Source: Xylographa opegraphella (taxonomy: Eukaryota). From it: a DNA stretch of 64,000 nt. The DNA is taken from positions 124,001 to 188,000 of the forward strand of contig JALDZX010000017.1 of NCBI GenBank assembly GCA_022813865.1, read 5' to 3'. Both the position numbers and the translations under genes were made by a program. A model generated the notes under the pieces. That model was not told the DNA's origin, did not search any database, and worked only from the letters and a program-made list of their open reading frames with translations. Shown here in pieces: positions 49,222 to 63,071 of this stretch (within the stretch, counting starts at the first letter, position 1; every line of letters starts with the position of its first letter).

Positions 49222-51994
49222 GGGGCAGGGGCCCGTGCTGGTGCTGGTGCGAAAGTTTGGGTGGAGGAGGGGTGGGATTGGAGGGGTGGAAGTTTAATTC
49301 TCTAGCGGGGAGGGTGGTGGAGGGTTTTAAGGTTTCGATCTGGGAGGGAGGGGGGAGGGGAAGAGATGAGATGCGGTGGATCGGGGGATGGTCCGGGGGG
49401 GGAGGGGATCTGGGCTGGGGACCCTGAGGTGGGTGATGGATGATGGGGAGGGGGTTTGCTGGCTTGGGGAGTGGGTGGAGGGAACGGAGGGGGAGGGAGA
49501 GGGAGATTGCGTCGCGTTGCGTTGCGTTGCTTGCTTTACTCCCCTGGATCTACATACGAAGTACTTCCACTCGAGGTGCGCCCCCTCGGCCAAGGGAATC
49601 TATCCCCCACCGCCTCCTCGAAAGCTACGCGTCCAGAGACAGTCCGAGACGGTGATGATGAGTGGGAGTCATCCTTCCCACCACCGGCCGGCAGCGTGTA
49701 CAGTGAGTGAGTGCTCCATGCCCCGTTTTACAGAACGGAGACCTTTCACCAGCTTTCTCCCGTCCCGTTCGAGGCCCATTCGCTCGACTGTTTTTTTTTG
49801 TTTCCCTTTTTTTCAAACGCTTTCTTGCGCTACGTGACCTTTGCGCTGGTTTTGGCTCGGTCCACTACACGCCTTCTTCCATCTTTCGTCCTTTTCGCAC
49901 ACGCTATCGGAGCCTGTGTGTGTGCGGAAGTGTCTCCGACGCGAGGGTGGACCCTTGTTCGAGTCGAGGCCTACTTGGTTTGCTTTTCGTGCCTGCTAGT
50001 TGGGGCTCCGGTTCGGGACTACTTGCATCACCATTATTCTCCATCTCCAAGCTAGCTACCTATTTCCGTGTGATAGGAGCGTCTCCGTAGGTAAGGTAAG
50101 GTCGGATAGATAGGTACACCCCCCAAAACAAGGGGGCCGGATCGGTCGGCCTTTACCGCCACTAATGCAATCTGAGATGGGGGCGATGGTTCCTTGCAGG
50201 TTTCGAGTCTGTCCTAAGCTAGGACAACGCAAGAGATAGACGGACTGCCGTTTTTTTTTCATTCCCTCCTCCTGTTCTCGCGCCGTCGTGATGTAATGGA
50301 GCGGCGTTGCCTTCCTGTTTGTTCGGGTAGAATGGAAGAGGGTGATTGCTGTATCACGAGGCTGAGAAGCCGTTTGCTGGACTAAGAGCCTCGATGGACG
50401 GGAGCTTCGCCACTCACTGCGCATGATGATTCGATGATGATTCGATGATGACTGATGATACGCCTTCGAGGGCTTTTCGGCTCTGCGCGGAAGATCGCCC
50501 GACTACCTAGGCGCCCGGTCTCGATCATCTAGATCTGGCAGGGTCCCAGCTCAGATTATTTCCAGTCGCTTGTGCGAGATTGGGAGGAAGCGCGCAGTCC
50601 GGGCTTTGGTTGGCGACGCGCAACGGGGGTTGTTCCGAAAGCAAAAGATCTGAATCTCCTTGGACCCCCGTAATTTGTCGCTGGAGACGGCCGAGGAGGG
50701 AGATGGATCCTACTGACCTTGAGGCAGTGGTTACTGGCGTAGGTGCAATCCACGCTCATCATCTACTTTACCTAAGGTACCTTACGCAGGAGGTATCACA
50801 TCCACGCCACCCTGCGCAGCGAAGGGCTAGCGGAACGATTCGACAGCGCTAACACCATAGCTAGCTCACGAGTCACACCCGCTCCCAAGCCCCTATATCG
50901 AAACATCCCTCTCTCTCCAGTCGACATACCCTAAGGTATCTACTATCCACCAGACTCAGCCTTCTAGCTCCACCCGACACCCCCCCAAAGCCATCCCACC
51001 CGTCTCGGACGACTGGAAAGCACACCAGCCCTCCGCGCTAGGTCTTACCGTCAGCCCTTCGCACAAACTGGAGCCATCTCCGTCGCCGCCCCCCCCAAAG
51101 CGCACTCCCTCTCCATGGCCTTTTCTCCGACCGAGCTTGGCGAATACCCACAACCACTCCCTCCTAGCGTCCAATCACTGACCGAAGCTCCATGCCCTCG
51201 CGGAGATACCTCCGGTGCGAACGAGGTCCCGTGGCCGGCAAGGTGAGGTACCTACCTAGGCAGCATGACCTCCCCTCCTCCCCTCACAACCACTTTCCTT
51301 CCCCCGCGAGCAAGGGGTGGTCATGAATCATGACCCGACCCGACCGGCGCTGTGTCCGTATTCCTGCCCCCCGTATTCTGTTCGAAAGGGTAGTGCAATA
51401 CCTAGCACAACCGCGCACGCCGGCTCGAGACGGACCCTGATTCACTCGCTCACTCGCTCACGCAGTCAGCAAGCCTCCCTCTTCTCGTCATGCGCCACGC
51501 CCCGCCACCGACGGCGGGTGATAGAGCGCCCCCCGTGGCGCCCTATAGCAACACCGGCTAGTCCTGTCTTACGGTGCGGACTACGCGGACGTATCTCCGC
51601 GGGGTGTCGGGAGCGGTGGTTGGCTGTGAGAAGAGGTGGGGGGGACGCATATCGCTCACTTTCTGGTAGGAGATGGAACGGTGCACTTTTTTAGGGGGGG
51701 GGGGGGACCGAGGGTGGATGATGGTAGCGTGTATTTCTTGAAAGGAAGGGAAGGGAAGAGAGGATGGATGAGTATTTGGATGGCCACTGTGGCTCTGGGG
51801 CAAAGGGGATTCGTGTGTATGGGTTGCTAGCTAAGGTGGCTAATCTGAATCTGATGTGGTCTGGTCCAAGGAAAACATCTCATCGACTAGTGAGTGAGCT
51901 GATCCGAGCAGAGCATCTCCCCCTTGTCCCTCCCCTATCTCTCGCGCGCGATCTCCCACTCTTACTCCCACCCCCTATCTCCCCCCGCTCCCAC

Positions 51995-54900
51995 CTACTT
52001 CCCCCCCCTCACCCCCTCCCCCACCAACAAACTCCTCCCCGCCGCCAACGCCCCCAACGTCGCCAAGCTCCCATTCCCCAACACCTCCCAAACGGCCACA
52101 TTGGCCTTGACCTCCTTCGCGAACCAGTTCCTCAGCTCGACCGCCATGAGCGAATCGACCCCGAAGCTATGCACCGCCTTGGCGGGATCGATATCCGCCC
52201 GCGGCACCGCCAGCGCGGACGCCAGGCGCGCCGCCAGCGCGCCGGCGACGATGCCGCCCGCGTCCGGGAGGGAGTCCGCCGCTGCGAGGAGGGCCGCAAG
52301 GTCCTGGGCCGCGAGCGCGTCGCCGGCGGTGGCGGTGGCGGCGGCGCTGTGGAAGGCGGATTGGCGCATGCGCAGCAGGTGCCGGAAGAGGGGCCGTGAA
52401 GTCCACGCGAGGGGCGGGGCGTGGGGCGCCGGCGGCTGCAGGCCGGTGATGAGCTGGCAGCGAGCCGGGGTGAGGACGGGCAGGGCGGGATCGCAGTAGC
52501 GGTCCATGAGGGCGAGAAACTCCGCCTCGCGGATACCGACGTAGCCCTGCGCGCGCAGGCGTGTGCGCACGTGGGCCCGCTCGGCGACGTAACCCGCGCC
52601 GAGGACCATGCCGAGGTCGATGGCGACGGCCTTCTGCCCAAGGGTGACGCGGTGCCGTGCCAGCGCGTCCTGGTACGTGTTGCCGGCGGCGTAGTTGGCC
52701 TGCCCGGGCCCGCCGACGATGCCGACGGTCGAGGAGAGGAGGATGAAGAAGTCGAGATCCCGGGGGAGTTGGGCGTGCAGGTTCCAGGATCCGGTGACTT
52801 TAGGGCGTGTCGCGGCGTGGAAGTCCGCGAGGGACATGCTTTCGAAGAGGGAGTCCTGCGGTTGTGTTAGCAATGGGGTGCCGAGGGGGGGGGGCGATGA
52901 TGGGAGGGATGGTTGAGGCGTACTTTGAGGACTAGAGATGCTTGGACGCAGCCTTTGATCGGAGGCATCGTTTTATTGCATTCCGAGATTGTCGATGCCA
53001 GCTGGGCCTTGTCGGTCACGTCGCAGCACGGGGTTGCTACCACGACACCCTTGCTTCGTAGCTCTGCGAGGAAATCCATCACGATGTCGCTATGGATGGA
53101 CTTTCGAGACAGCAGGATGAGGTGCTTTGCCTTGCGGTTGACCATCCATCCTGCAATGGATCGTCCAAGACCTCCAAGACCGCCGGCAATCAGGTAGCTC
53201 GCGTTCGACTCAAAGTAGTAAGTTGGCAGCGCGCTGGGAACGGTCTATGATTGAGATGTCAGAATCAGTAGAAACTCCTTCATGAGATCTGCTTGGGTAA
53301 CTCACAGGGACTTCATCAGTCGGATGGAACTCAATCACAGTCTTGCCAGTTGATTTGCCGCTCTGCAAATACCGATACGCTTCCACCAGTTGTGACGATT
53401 TGTAGACATGTATGGGCCGCAATTCCGACAGTTTCTTGTCTTTCATCAACTTCATTACCTCCTGCATTATTTCGTGGAGCTCTTGAGATTTATCTTTCTT
53501 CATGTACGTGAAATCTACAGAGGCGAACATGGCATTTTTGGCGAATTGAAACATGGGCAAGCTACCGTGAGAGAGGATATCTTTCAGACCAGCTTCAATG
53601 AAACGCCCTAAAAGTTTCAAGTGTTAATGTTGCATTCGCTGCATTGAATACCTTGTGCAAACAAGACTTACCTGAAGGCGCGATACATTCCCAAGAGGTA
53701 CGCAGACCTTCCCCAGATAAAGTGTTGACAACGACGTCGACTCCTCGATCCCGAGTCATTCTCTTGATGCCTTGGGCGAAAGAGAGCGTCCTACTTGAGA
53801 AAATATGGTCTGAAAGTACCCCGTATTCATCCATCACAAGTTTCTTCTTCATCTCTGAGCCCACCGTAACAAAGATCTCAAGATCCAGGTGTTTAGCCAC
53901 CTGGATCAACGCTTGACCCAACCCGCCAGCTCCAGAGTGTATGAGAACCGATTCTCCCTTTCGGGCTCGAGCGGCACAAACCAACGAGTAGTAAGCCGTG
54001 CTGAAAATAGCGGGATGAGAGGCTGCGGTCGAGAGTGACATGTCATCGGGGACTATAAGGGCATTGACTGCCTTGCTCCGGCAATAGGTCTTCATGGATC
54101 CTCCTTCCCAGGAAACAACTCGATCTCCAATCTTGAAATCAACATCGGTGCCAATCCGCGATACGATACCGGCGCACTCCTGACCAATGTGATCGTCGCC
54201 AACCTGCCCAAGCGCAACTAGAACATCTTTGAAGTTGAGACCGCTGGCTCTAACTTTGATTTCGATCTCGTCTGGACCTAACGGATGGAGGTAGTCCGTG
54301 TCGTCGATGAATTCAAGCGAGTCTAGTGAGCCAGGAGATCTAATGCTTAAGCTCAACGGTCTCTCGGGTTCTTGTCCAAACGTTCTTCGTTCAGCTTCTT
54401 GTAGGACGGTCTTCGAGAATACATGATGATTGATGTCACAAGCCTCAACAATGCGAGGGATACATAACGTGCCACCTTGCTCCTCAATCTCCGTCTCTAT
54501 TGGCCCTGATGCGATACGCTGCGTGCTCTCCAGTATCGTCGAGATCTTGTCAATAGCACCAGACACGTCTTGTGTGTTTTCGAGCGCCAAAGTAATGAAA
54601 TTTAGTCTACTATTTTCCGACTGTAGAGTTCTGGCAAGGCCAGTGACCATTCCAGCTTTGGGATCTGCAGTGTCATGGGCGCCTCCATTAGTGACCCAGA
54701 TCAACAGCTGACTTAACGAAGTAATTCGCTGCAGCTTGGAATAGGAATTCTCGGAAAGTGTGTCGAGGAACGAGCTTTCCACCTCGAGAAGAGAGATGCA
54801 GGTCGTATCCTGCAATGAAAACGAGTCCAAGTCTCCTAGCGGAAGGACGTTACAATGAGACAACCTATGTGCTTCGAGGGAAGCCTTCAGACCCTGAGCA

Positions 54901-57900
54901 ATGGTCAATTGCAAGGGAGAGTTCTCTGCAATGATAACAACAATCTGCAAAGCGGTCGTCGGTTTCGGCGTGGTATCCGAGCCTGTAGATATCAAAACAC
55001 TGATGAGCCGCGCCGCCTCGTCCTCGCAGTCGTGCATGACCACATCGATACCAGAAAACTGATTCCTTAAAAGGACATTGTGCCAATCTTGTACCGGTAT
55101 TTGTGGCCCCCATTTGCGAGTTTCCTCGACTCCAAGCCACCATCCAGGCAAGAGACCAAAGATAAATCCCATTCTCATCGGTTCAGGGTTGCAAAGTTCA
55201 CACAACAGCAGCTTGCCACCAGGCTTTAGCAGCTTACGTACATTGTGGAAGGTGTTGTTAAGGTTCGTGGTCGCGTGTAATACGTTGGCAGCCACAATAA
55301 CATCGTAGTACTCAGCCTCATAGCCTTGCTTCAGTGGATCTTGCTCGATATCCAAAGTTGTGAACGAAACTTTATCCGTGCAACCGATGAAGATATCTTG
55401 GGCTTTTTCGAAGAAACTTGGTGAAATGTCCGTAAAGGCGTACTCTGAGAAGTATGGAGTGGCAGAGTCTTCCGCACCATGGGGCACAAGTGCATCAAGA
55501 ATAGCTTTGGTTGTCGAACCCGTACCGGAGCCAATCTCGAGAATTTTCAGATGTGGCTTCTTGAAAGCAAGTGCGTTGATATATCGGGCGAGCTTCTCAA
55601 ATGCCTTTGTACCCGTTGCGACATAGTAATCACTCATGAGATTACCTTTGAAGAGAAGTTCGAGAGGCTCCATTTGACCATTAAGAACATCTGGTAAATG
55701 CTTCCCTACCTTTACGATAAGTTCGCCTTCAGGACCACTGTTTGCGACGCGATGATTGAGATTTACTTCGTAGTCGTTGTCGTTGACAAAATCCATCCAC
55801 TGCGGCTGGCTAGACTTTAGAGTGCCAGCCTCATATTTTTCGCGCTGCTGTTTCATCCAGAGGACGTGTCGCTGAAGGTATGGCTTCGCCTCTAATACCT
55901 GGTCGCACAGAGGAGCCTCCAGTGCCTTCATGATTGAGATAAAACAAACCAACTCTTTCTCTTGTATGAGTACATCAGGTGATGAACTCGAGTCAGCTAT
56001 ACAGTAAGCTGTCATACTGTGACTATCCTGTAAGTCGACGTCCGGTTTCCAGCTCAAATTCCAGCCGAGTTGCCGCGCTTTAGGATTACTCGAGGATAAA
56101 TTAGACCGACCAGCCACAGCTGTAGTCTCACAACCATGAATCACGATACAGGGCTTGTGATCTGAATCATGTAGTCCACATAAGCTAGAGACTGCATTAG
56201 ACAAACCCCCAGAAATAGCCTTCACATACACTTTCATGCCAGTCCCGTTGGTTGTATTGCGTAAGCTTTCCGAGATCCAAAGAGTGTCTATCCGTGTCGG
56301 AACCATGGTTGACATGAGCGACTTCATGCCATTGGTTAAAGCTGGAAACAAGAGCTGCAAAACTCCATCAAGAGCTGTAGGATGAATCAAGTGGGGCTGG
56401 ATATGAGTTTCAGATTTTGGAACTTTCGACTTCCATTCTCGAAAGTCGATAACACCAATAGCCTCGCCTAGATCATTATGATGGATGTTCTGCAAAGCTT
56501 GGAATGTCGAGCCATAGCACAAGCCAATATTTTCCAAATCATCATAGAACTCTGTAGAGCCAAGGGCGGTTCGGCATGTTTGAGCTGCATCTTCATACAC
56601 ACCTTTATATTTCTCCAGCTCGAATTGCGCTTCATTGCCGGAGTCAAGTTCGCTGTCGTCCCGTTTATATTCCACAGCAACAGCACCTTCGCAACATTCT
56701 GACCAACCCCCATTTTCGTATATATAAAGGCGAAAATCGCTCCAAAGCGAAAGTTTGCTCTTGATATCCCTTGCAGGCCGTAGGCAAAGTTGTGTTTCTA
56801 TCCCATCCGTGTCTGAAGGTACAAATATCGCTTTGTGGAAACTCACTCCTCGGATACGATATCCGGTGATTTGTCTGCTGCTATCTGCTAGTTGACGTAC
56901 TGCCTCAATTGCCATTACAACCATGCCAGCAGCAGGATATAAGATAGATCCGTTAACCTTTTGAAGATTAGTCCATGCAAACGAAGAAATGAAATCTTAC
57001 GAACTTTGTGATCTTTAATCCATGAACATTCAGAGACTCTCAGTACATTACGCCATCTGGCCTCGAGCGGATTCCAGTCCGATACTGGTGTTCCGAGAAG
57101 TTCATGCCAGGGAAACTTGCGAAATCTATAGTTTTTGCTCAGACTGCTCTCCATCCAGTGCTTTTGTGAGTGGTTGAACGGATATTCTGGGAGATCGACC
57201 AACATGCGAGGATTGTGTGCCGGTTGGCAGTCATGGTTGACCACTCCGAGGTTGACTGGGTATCCTAAACAGTAAAGTTGGCCAATAGCCTCTAGTGTCG
57301 TTGTCACAGCGGACAAGCCCCGCGAAAGTAAAGAGCTATAACCAATTTCTTTACCAATCTCAGTTGCGTTTAAAATGTCTCTTAATGGTCCTCGTAACGC
57401 ACAATGTGGACCAATCTCAAGTATGTGGTGTATCGAGGTGCTCTCCATGGTCTGCTTGTGCTTATTCAACTTCTTCACCTTCTTCTTAGACGAATTCGAC
57501 AACACGTTCGAAATTGCATCCGAAAATCGTACGGGTAAGACCATGTTTCGTACCCAATATTCGCTCTGACTGAGTTCAGAAAAATCAATGCGCTCTCCTG
57601 TAACAGAAGAAAATATTTTCGGAGGGCAAGGACGAGCTACACCACCTTCGATATCGTCAATTAGCATCTGGTACTCGGAAGCAATGCTCTTCATGAACTT
57701 TGAATGATACGCAACGTTCACCTTGAGTTTGCGGTTGAAGATATTTTCGTCGTCAAGAATCTTGCCAAGGTCATCGATCCGCGCTGCGTCGCCTGTGATA
57801 GTGACATTCTTAGGGCTATTGATACAACCAATAGTGATATCTCCATCTTCATAACCGTCTACTTGAAGGAGATGTGGCATAACCTCGGCCTCTGAAAGAC

Positions 57901-60609
57901 CAACAGACATCATCGATCCTGCAATATGATTAGTTTTGGAAAGCCGGGCTGCAAGTAATCCTCGAAAGTAGGCTATTTTCCACGCAGACTTCCTTGAAAT
58001 ACCGTCGGCACAATAAGCTGCGGCAATTTCTCCTGAAGAGTGGCCAACCACTACCGACGGAACCACGCCCCAAGCCTCCATGAGATCAACCAGAGCAATT
58101 TGGATGGCTGTGCACAGCGGTTGGCATAGGATGGGGTCATTCACGTTGGAGTCCTCCTTTACTTTTTGTAACTCATCTGATAATAGTTAAAGTCATATCC
58201 ACTAACTATCAAGGATTGGCTAGACTCACGTGTCAAAGACCACTCACAACCTAATGTTCGGAAGTATGACTCTGCTTCAATAAGACTTCGATGAAATCCT
58301 GAATTTTGAAGGAGTTCTCGGCCCATTGCAAACCATTGTGCACCTTGACCAGTAAAGACGAATCCCAAATTATGTCTATTTGAAGATCTCACAGGCCTTG
58401 ATAGATGACTCTTTAAGCTGAGCTGCATACCCTGAACTGTTGAGGCAACGACGAAGGCCTTCCAAGGCAGACAACTTCGCTTCATACACAACGTGTAGGC
58501 GAGATCCCGAAGGTAGCGGGTATCATCATGAACCGTCAGGGAACAGAAATGATCCTGATATACCTTTGCCAGGCGATCTATCCCACCTTCATCCGCTGCA
58601 GACCAGACACACAGTTGGGCAAAATCGCCGCAGGCCTGTTCATGACGTTCGGATCGTTCGTTTGTGAGCATTCTCGACAGCTCATAGTTCGAAGGATGAG
58701 TTCCGGAACAAGCCGATGACAGAGTCTCAAGAGTGGGTGGGAGCTTCACGGTATTGTGCCTCCCATCAAGCCCACGGGATTGAAGATAGTTGTATGCGTC
58801 GTCGATTACCACATGTGCATTGGACCCTCCGAAGCCGAACGAGTTGACGGATGCTCGACGAAGACCTTTCGTGGGCCAGGGTGTAACCCCTAACGGGAAC
58901 TAACAATTTCAGAAGTTAGATGCAGACTGACCCGCTTTGGAGGAGCAGTCATACTTTGATATTCCAATCATCCAACAAAATCTTTGGATTTGGTCGTTCA
59001 TACCATATGTTTGGAGGGATTATTCCCTTTTCCAGAACTAGAACAGTTTTAATCAAACCAGCAATTCCACTAGCACCTTCCAAGTGGCCGATATTCGATT
59101 TCACGGCACCAACGAACAGTGGCTCGTCTCTAGGAGTTTGGTCCCGAAATGCAGTTGCTATGGCGCTGACCTCGATAGGATCGCCCGCTGGCGTACCAGT
59201 TCCATGGGCTTCGAAGAAACGTGTGGTAGCCAGATCCAAGCCGGCAGCCCTATATGTATCACGAATCAGAGCTTCTTGGGCTCTGCTGCTGGGTTGTGTT
59301 ATGCCAGGTGTACGTGCATCTTGGTTTGAGCCACTTGCACGAATCACCGCACGTATTGTATTTCCATCCCGAAGAGCATCGGACAGAGGCTTAAGCAGAA
59401 CAATACCAAACCCTTCTCCTCTAGCGTAGCCGTTAGCCCGATGATCAAAACTGTAGCACTTGCTATCCGGAGACAGGAAGTTGAGATCCGACAACATAAC
59501 CATAGAGTCGGGACTAAAAAATAAGTTACAACCACCGACAAGCGCCTGCTGAGGTATAAGCCTTATGTAAAGCTTCTCTCTAGTGTTCGGTAAAGGCCGC
59601 CACTTACTATGGAAGATTCCCGCGTTCGCAAACTCTGGCAAGCGAGATGAACGGCTACCAAACTGCTCGAGCAAGCTGTATCGAGAGCTATACTAGGTCC
59701 GGTCAAGTTATAAAACCAGCTTAGTCGATTGCTTAGCATTGCCTAGAAAAATAGATTGGGGTCAGTATTTCCCTAATAGTATGATTCTTGAGCCAGACGA
59801 CCCGGCCATTTGTCAAAAAAATAGGCTGGAGGCCCAGCCAGCTTCCCAGGTATGTCTCAACCACAGACATCCTGAGAACACGTCTCGGAACCCAAGATTA
59901 TGTTATTTCAGATTGGCAAAAATGTCACGCTAATTACGTACAGACTGTGTACCGGTTGCCAAGTACATCTTCTGGAATTCAGGATCTCGCAGGAGCATAG
60001 CTTCGTATTCCCGCATGAAAGAGCCCACGTAAACGCTTGTGTTGGAACCAACAACGTTTTCCATGGGAATGCCCGCTATAAGTGTGATTAGTTAATATTG
60101 CCAATCTCCCGTGTCCTTGGGAGCAGGCTCACCATTTTCAAGAGCTCTGTAGGCAGTCTCCAGAAGCCAGCGTTGCTGAGGGTCCATCGAAGCTGCTTCC
60201 GCCGGCGTTAACGAGAAAAAGGGTGCATCGAAGACGGCCAAATCTTCCGCAAGAAAATGGCCGCCCTTGACATTCATCTGAAGTGTTGGTCAGTCGTAGC
60301 ACAGTAATAGTCTGCCAAGATGGATCGATCTACCGTGCCTATACGTTTCGTATGGGGATGATAGAAGGCATCAAGGTTGAACCGGTCTTTTGGAACGTCC
60401 GACATGGCGGACTTGCCTTGCACCAGCATCTGCCAAAAGCCCTCGGAAGAGGTTGCATCTTGCGGGAATTTTAGAGAATAACCAATCACAGCAATGGGCT
60501 CAACTATATCCTCGTTTGAACTGGAGTTCGGAGTCATGATACCATTGGAGACTCCATTCTCAGATGCTGTGTGACCACTATATGGATGTTGCTCAGGGCG
60601 CTCGGCCAT
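51995..60609 (-). CDS. Highly reducing iterative type I polyketide synthase (KS-AT-DH-cMT-ER-KR-ACP), multi-exon
   Basis: [159 protein letters not shown]. Confidence 0.96.
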
Positions 60610-61290
60610 CTTTCTTTGTTGAGCAGAAATCTTTGTCAGTATCAGTGATGCTAAAGCTGAAGCTTGATTTGCATTCTATTGCGATATCGTAGGTGAAGAT
60701 GAAAGTAAATGCTCGAGTGACACAAAACAAATTTGGCAGCCTCACTCGAAGAATGACTAGGAGGAGACATAATTACTGGTACAATGAATGAAATTAGCGC
60801 TTAGAGGTGTTATACAGACATGCGGACAGTGTTAATGCTTCCGCTACCTAGCGTAGAGCCATCATGTCCCCCAAACAGATGGGCTCATCACTCGCAACAG
60901 CCGCTGCAGCAGGATATTGGGACATCGTCGTCTACATGGCCGTGATGTACCGCACTGTCAAACCTCGTCCAAAGAAGCCACTAACAGGACGCCGGCGTTA
61001 GTCCCAATCCCCCACTCTAGTACGTAAGGTGCCTTAGGTATCTAGGTAGGTTCCTAACATGCTGTATGGTGTGTTCTGCCAGGGTACATGCAGACCATCA
61101 TTTGCGTCTTTGCAAATGAGTACCAGGGGAAGTCGGAGCCAAAGTAGTTCCTCATATGCGAACTTGGTACAAGCCCCGGTCAAGCCTGTTTTTTCTCGAC
61201 ACCCACTCCGGCTCTTCAGAACCATCTTGTGTTTCGTGGGATTCGTTCCTTGCATTACATCCTCAGTGTTGCACCCGACGCGGTGGAACG

Positions 61291-62277
61291 ATGCGGTTCC
61301 TCTGTCTTCACGGCATGGGCATGACCGGAGAGGTATGTACCTAAGGATACCACTTCCAGCACCTCTCGCTCGTCCCCAGGCGGCGGCGGCAACTTTCCGA
61401 ACTGTTGGATAATGTCTTGCCGATGTCTATGAGTCGTGACTGCTAATATGCCCTCTTCACACCGGCAGATATTCGAGTTGCAACTAGGTATCTTACTGTC
61501 CATCCGCGAGAAGCGCTTGATTGTTCATCAACCATAGCTGACGGGTCCTTTCCTCACACCGGCAGAGCCACTGTGCAGGGATCTGAGAGGCGGCCACACC
61601 TTCGAATTTGCGGAAGGCTCGATTCCGTGTGCAGCAGCTGCTGGTAAGCACTTTTGTTAGCTCTTGAGCCGCGCATCGCGTTGTTGTTCCAACTACTTTC
61701 TTGGCTGCGGGGCTGCTGCATAAATCACCACGCCCCTCTTCACAGCCGGCCGCACGTGCACAACTGATAAGGGCCAGGATTGACAAATGTCTTTCCTCTT
61801 CAAAGCGAATACTACGCCTTCTTCACCGATTTTGCTCTTACCTTCCGTACCGCTCTGGACGATCTGGAGAAATATCTGCAGGAAGAGGGTCCTTTTGATG
61901 CTGTCATCGGCTTTTCGCAAGGGGCTTGTCTTGCAGCGACGCTTATGATCCGGCACGCTCAGAAACAACCCTCGCAATCCATCTTCAGATGCGCTGTGTT
62001 CATTTGTGGTATCGAGCCGTGGAACATTGCGGAAGGAAGAAATTACAGTGTGACGATGGACGGCGAGGTGATCTCAGTGCCCACGGCCACCATATACGGG
62101 TCGAAGGACTATCAGTGGGGCGACGCGAGTCTTGCGTTAAGCAAACTGTGCAACTCCGAGAGCAAAGAGATCTATGATCACGGACGGGCACACGAAGTGC
62201 CACGATCTTCAGAGCTGACCTCTGGGATGGCTCGAACTATCCGAAAAGTGATAGATAAAGCCCTCTATCTGCATTAG
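61291..62277 (+). CDS. FSH1-family serine hydrolase (LovG-like trans-acting thioesterase), 4 exons
   Basis: MRFLCLHGMG|IFELQL|..GHTFEFAEG|..EEGPFDAVIGFSQGA (GxSxG)..IYGSKD..HGRAHEVP, giving a Ser-Asp-His triad. Introns 61333-61468, 61488-61565 and ~61644-61777. Confidence 0.9.
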
Positions 62278-63071
62278 ATAGTCTACATTCCTGTACCAAG
62301 GACTATTCTTGTGCACGGAGCAGGAAGACATACTCTCATATTGCCGATTGATCGGAACCAAAGTATCATAGGTATTGAAAGGGTCTGATCATTTCAATAT
62401 TCTTGCAATCACACTTGTCTGCTGGTCAGCGGTCGGTTCCGTTACCGCTGTTACGCCCATTGACAGAGCGGTCTCGCCGCTCGCTATACAACAGTTTCCT
62501 CAGCCTACAAGACAAGGACTATCGGCCCTGGTCAGCTTCAAAGCATGATGCTTCAGTCGCTGCTATCACAGTTGTGAACTGGGCTGCCGCGTATGACAAG
62601 TATTCGGCAGCATCGAAAGACAAAATATTGCACAGAGCAGAATGGTGGTGAAGGACGATCGGAATAAACAGAACTGCGTATGGCAGGAATGAGGTGGACG
62701 ATGACGGTAATAAGGTAGCATGCCCCTATAGAAAGTAGAATTTTCTCTGTCTCGCTCGGGATAAATACAATCTTCGTGAGTGTCTTGATAGTACGATCTT
62801 GCCTGAAATCTTAAAAACTTTCTCCTTGTGGTCTAAAGGCATAATCAAACTCGGTACCTACTTGTCTGATGCTGGGATTTCAGAAAGAGAGTCCGGGCCC
62901 AAGGCCGCTAAGATGACACGCTAGTGCAATTGAGCTCGAATATGTTCAGCATTTCCGTAAACACGGGTTTCCTCGAATAGGCTTGAGGGTTCCCGAAACA
63001 CATCATACATTCTACGCGGTCCTTTCATATGTCCCCTTCAGCCACCTCGATCCCATGTAACTCTCGTCCAA

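Noticed and set aside
49096..49305. Poly-glycine ORFs / giant G-quadruplex
   Set aside because: The poly-G abuts an N gap, so its length is probably a sequencing or assembly artefact.
51764..52870. Plus-strand ORFs over the PKS last exon
   Set aside because: Antisense shadows of a GC3-rich exon.
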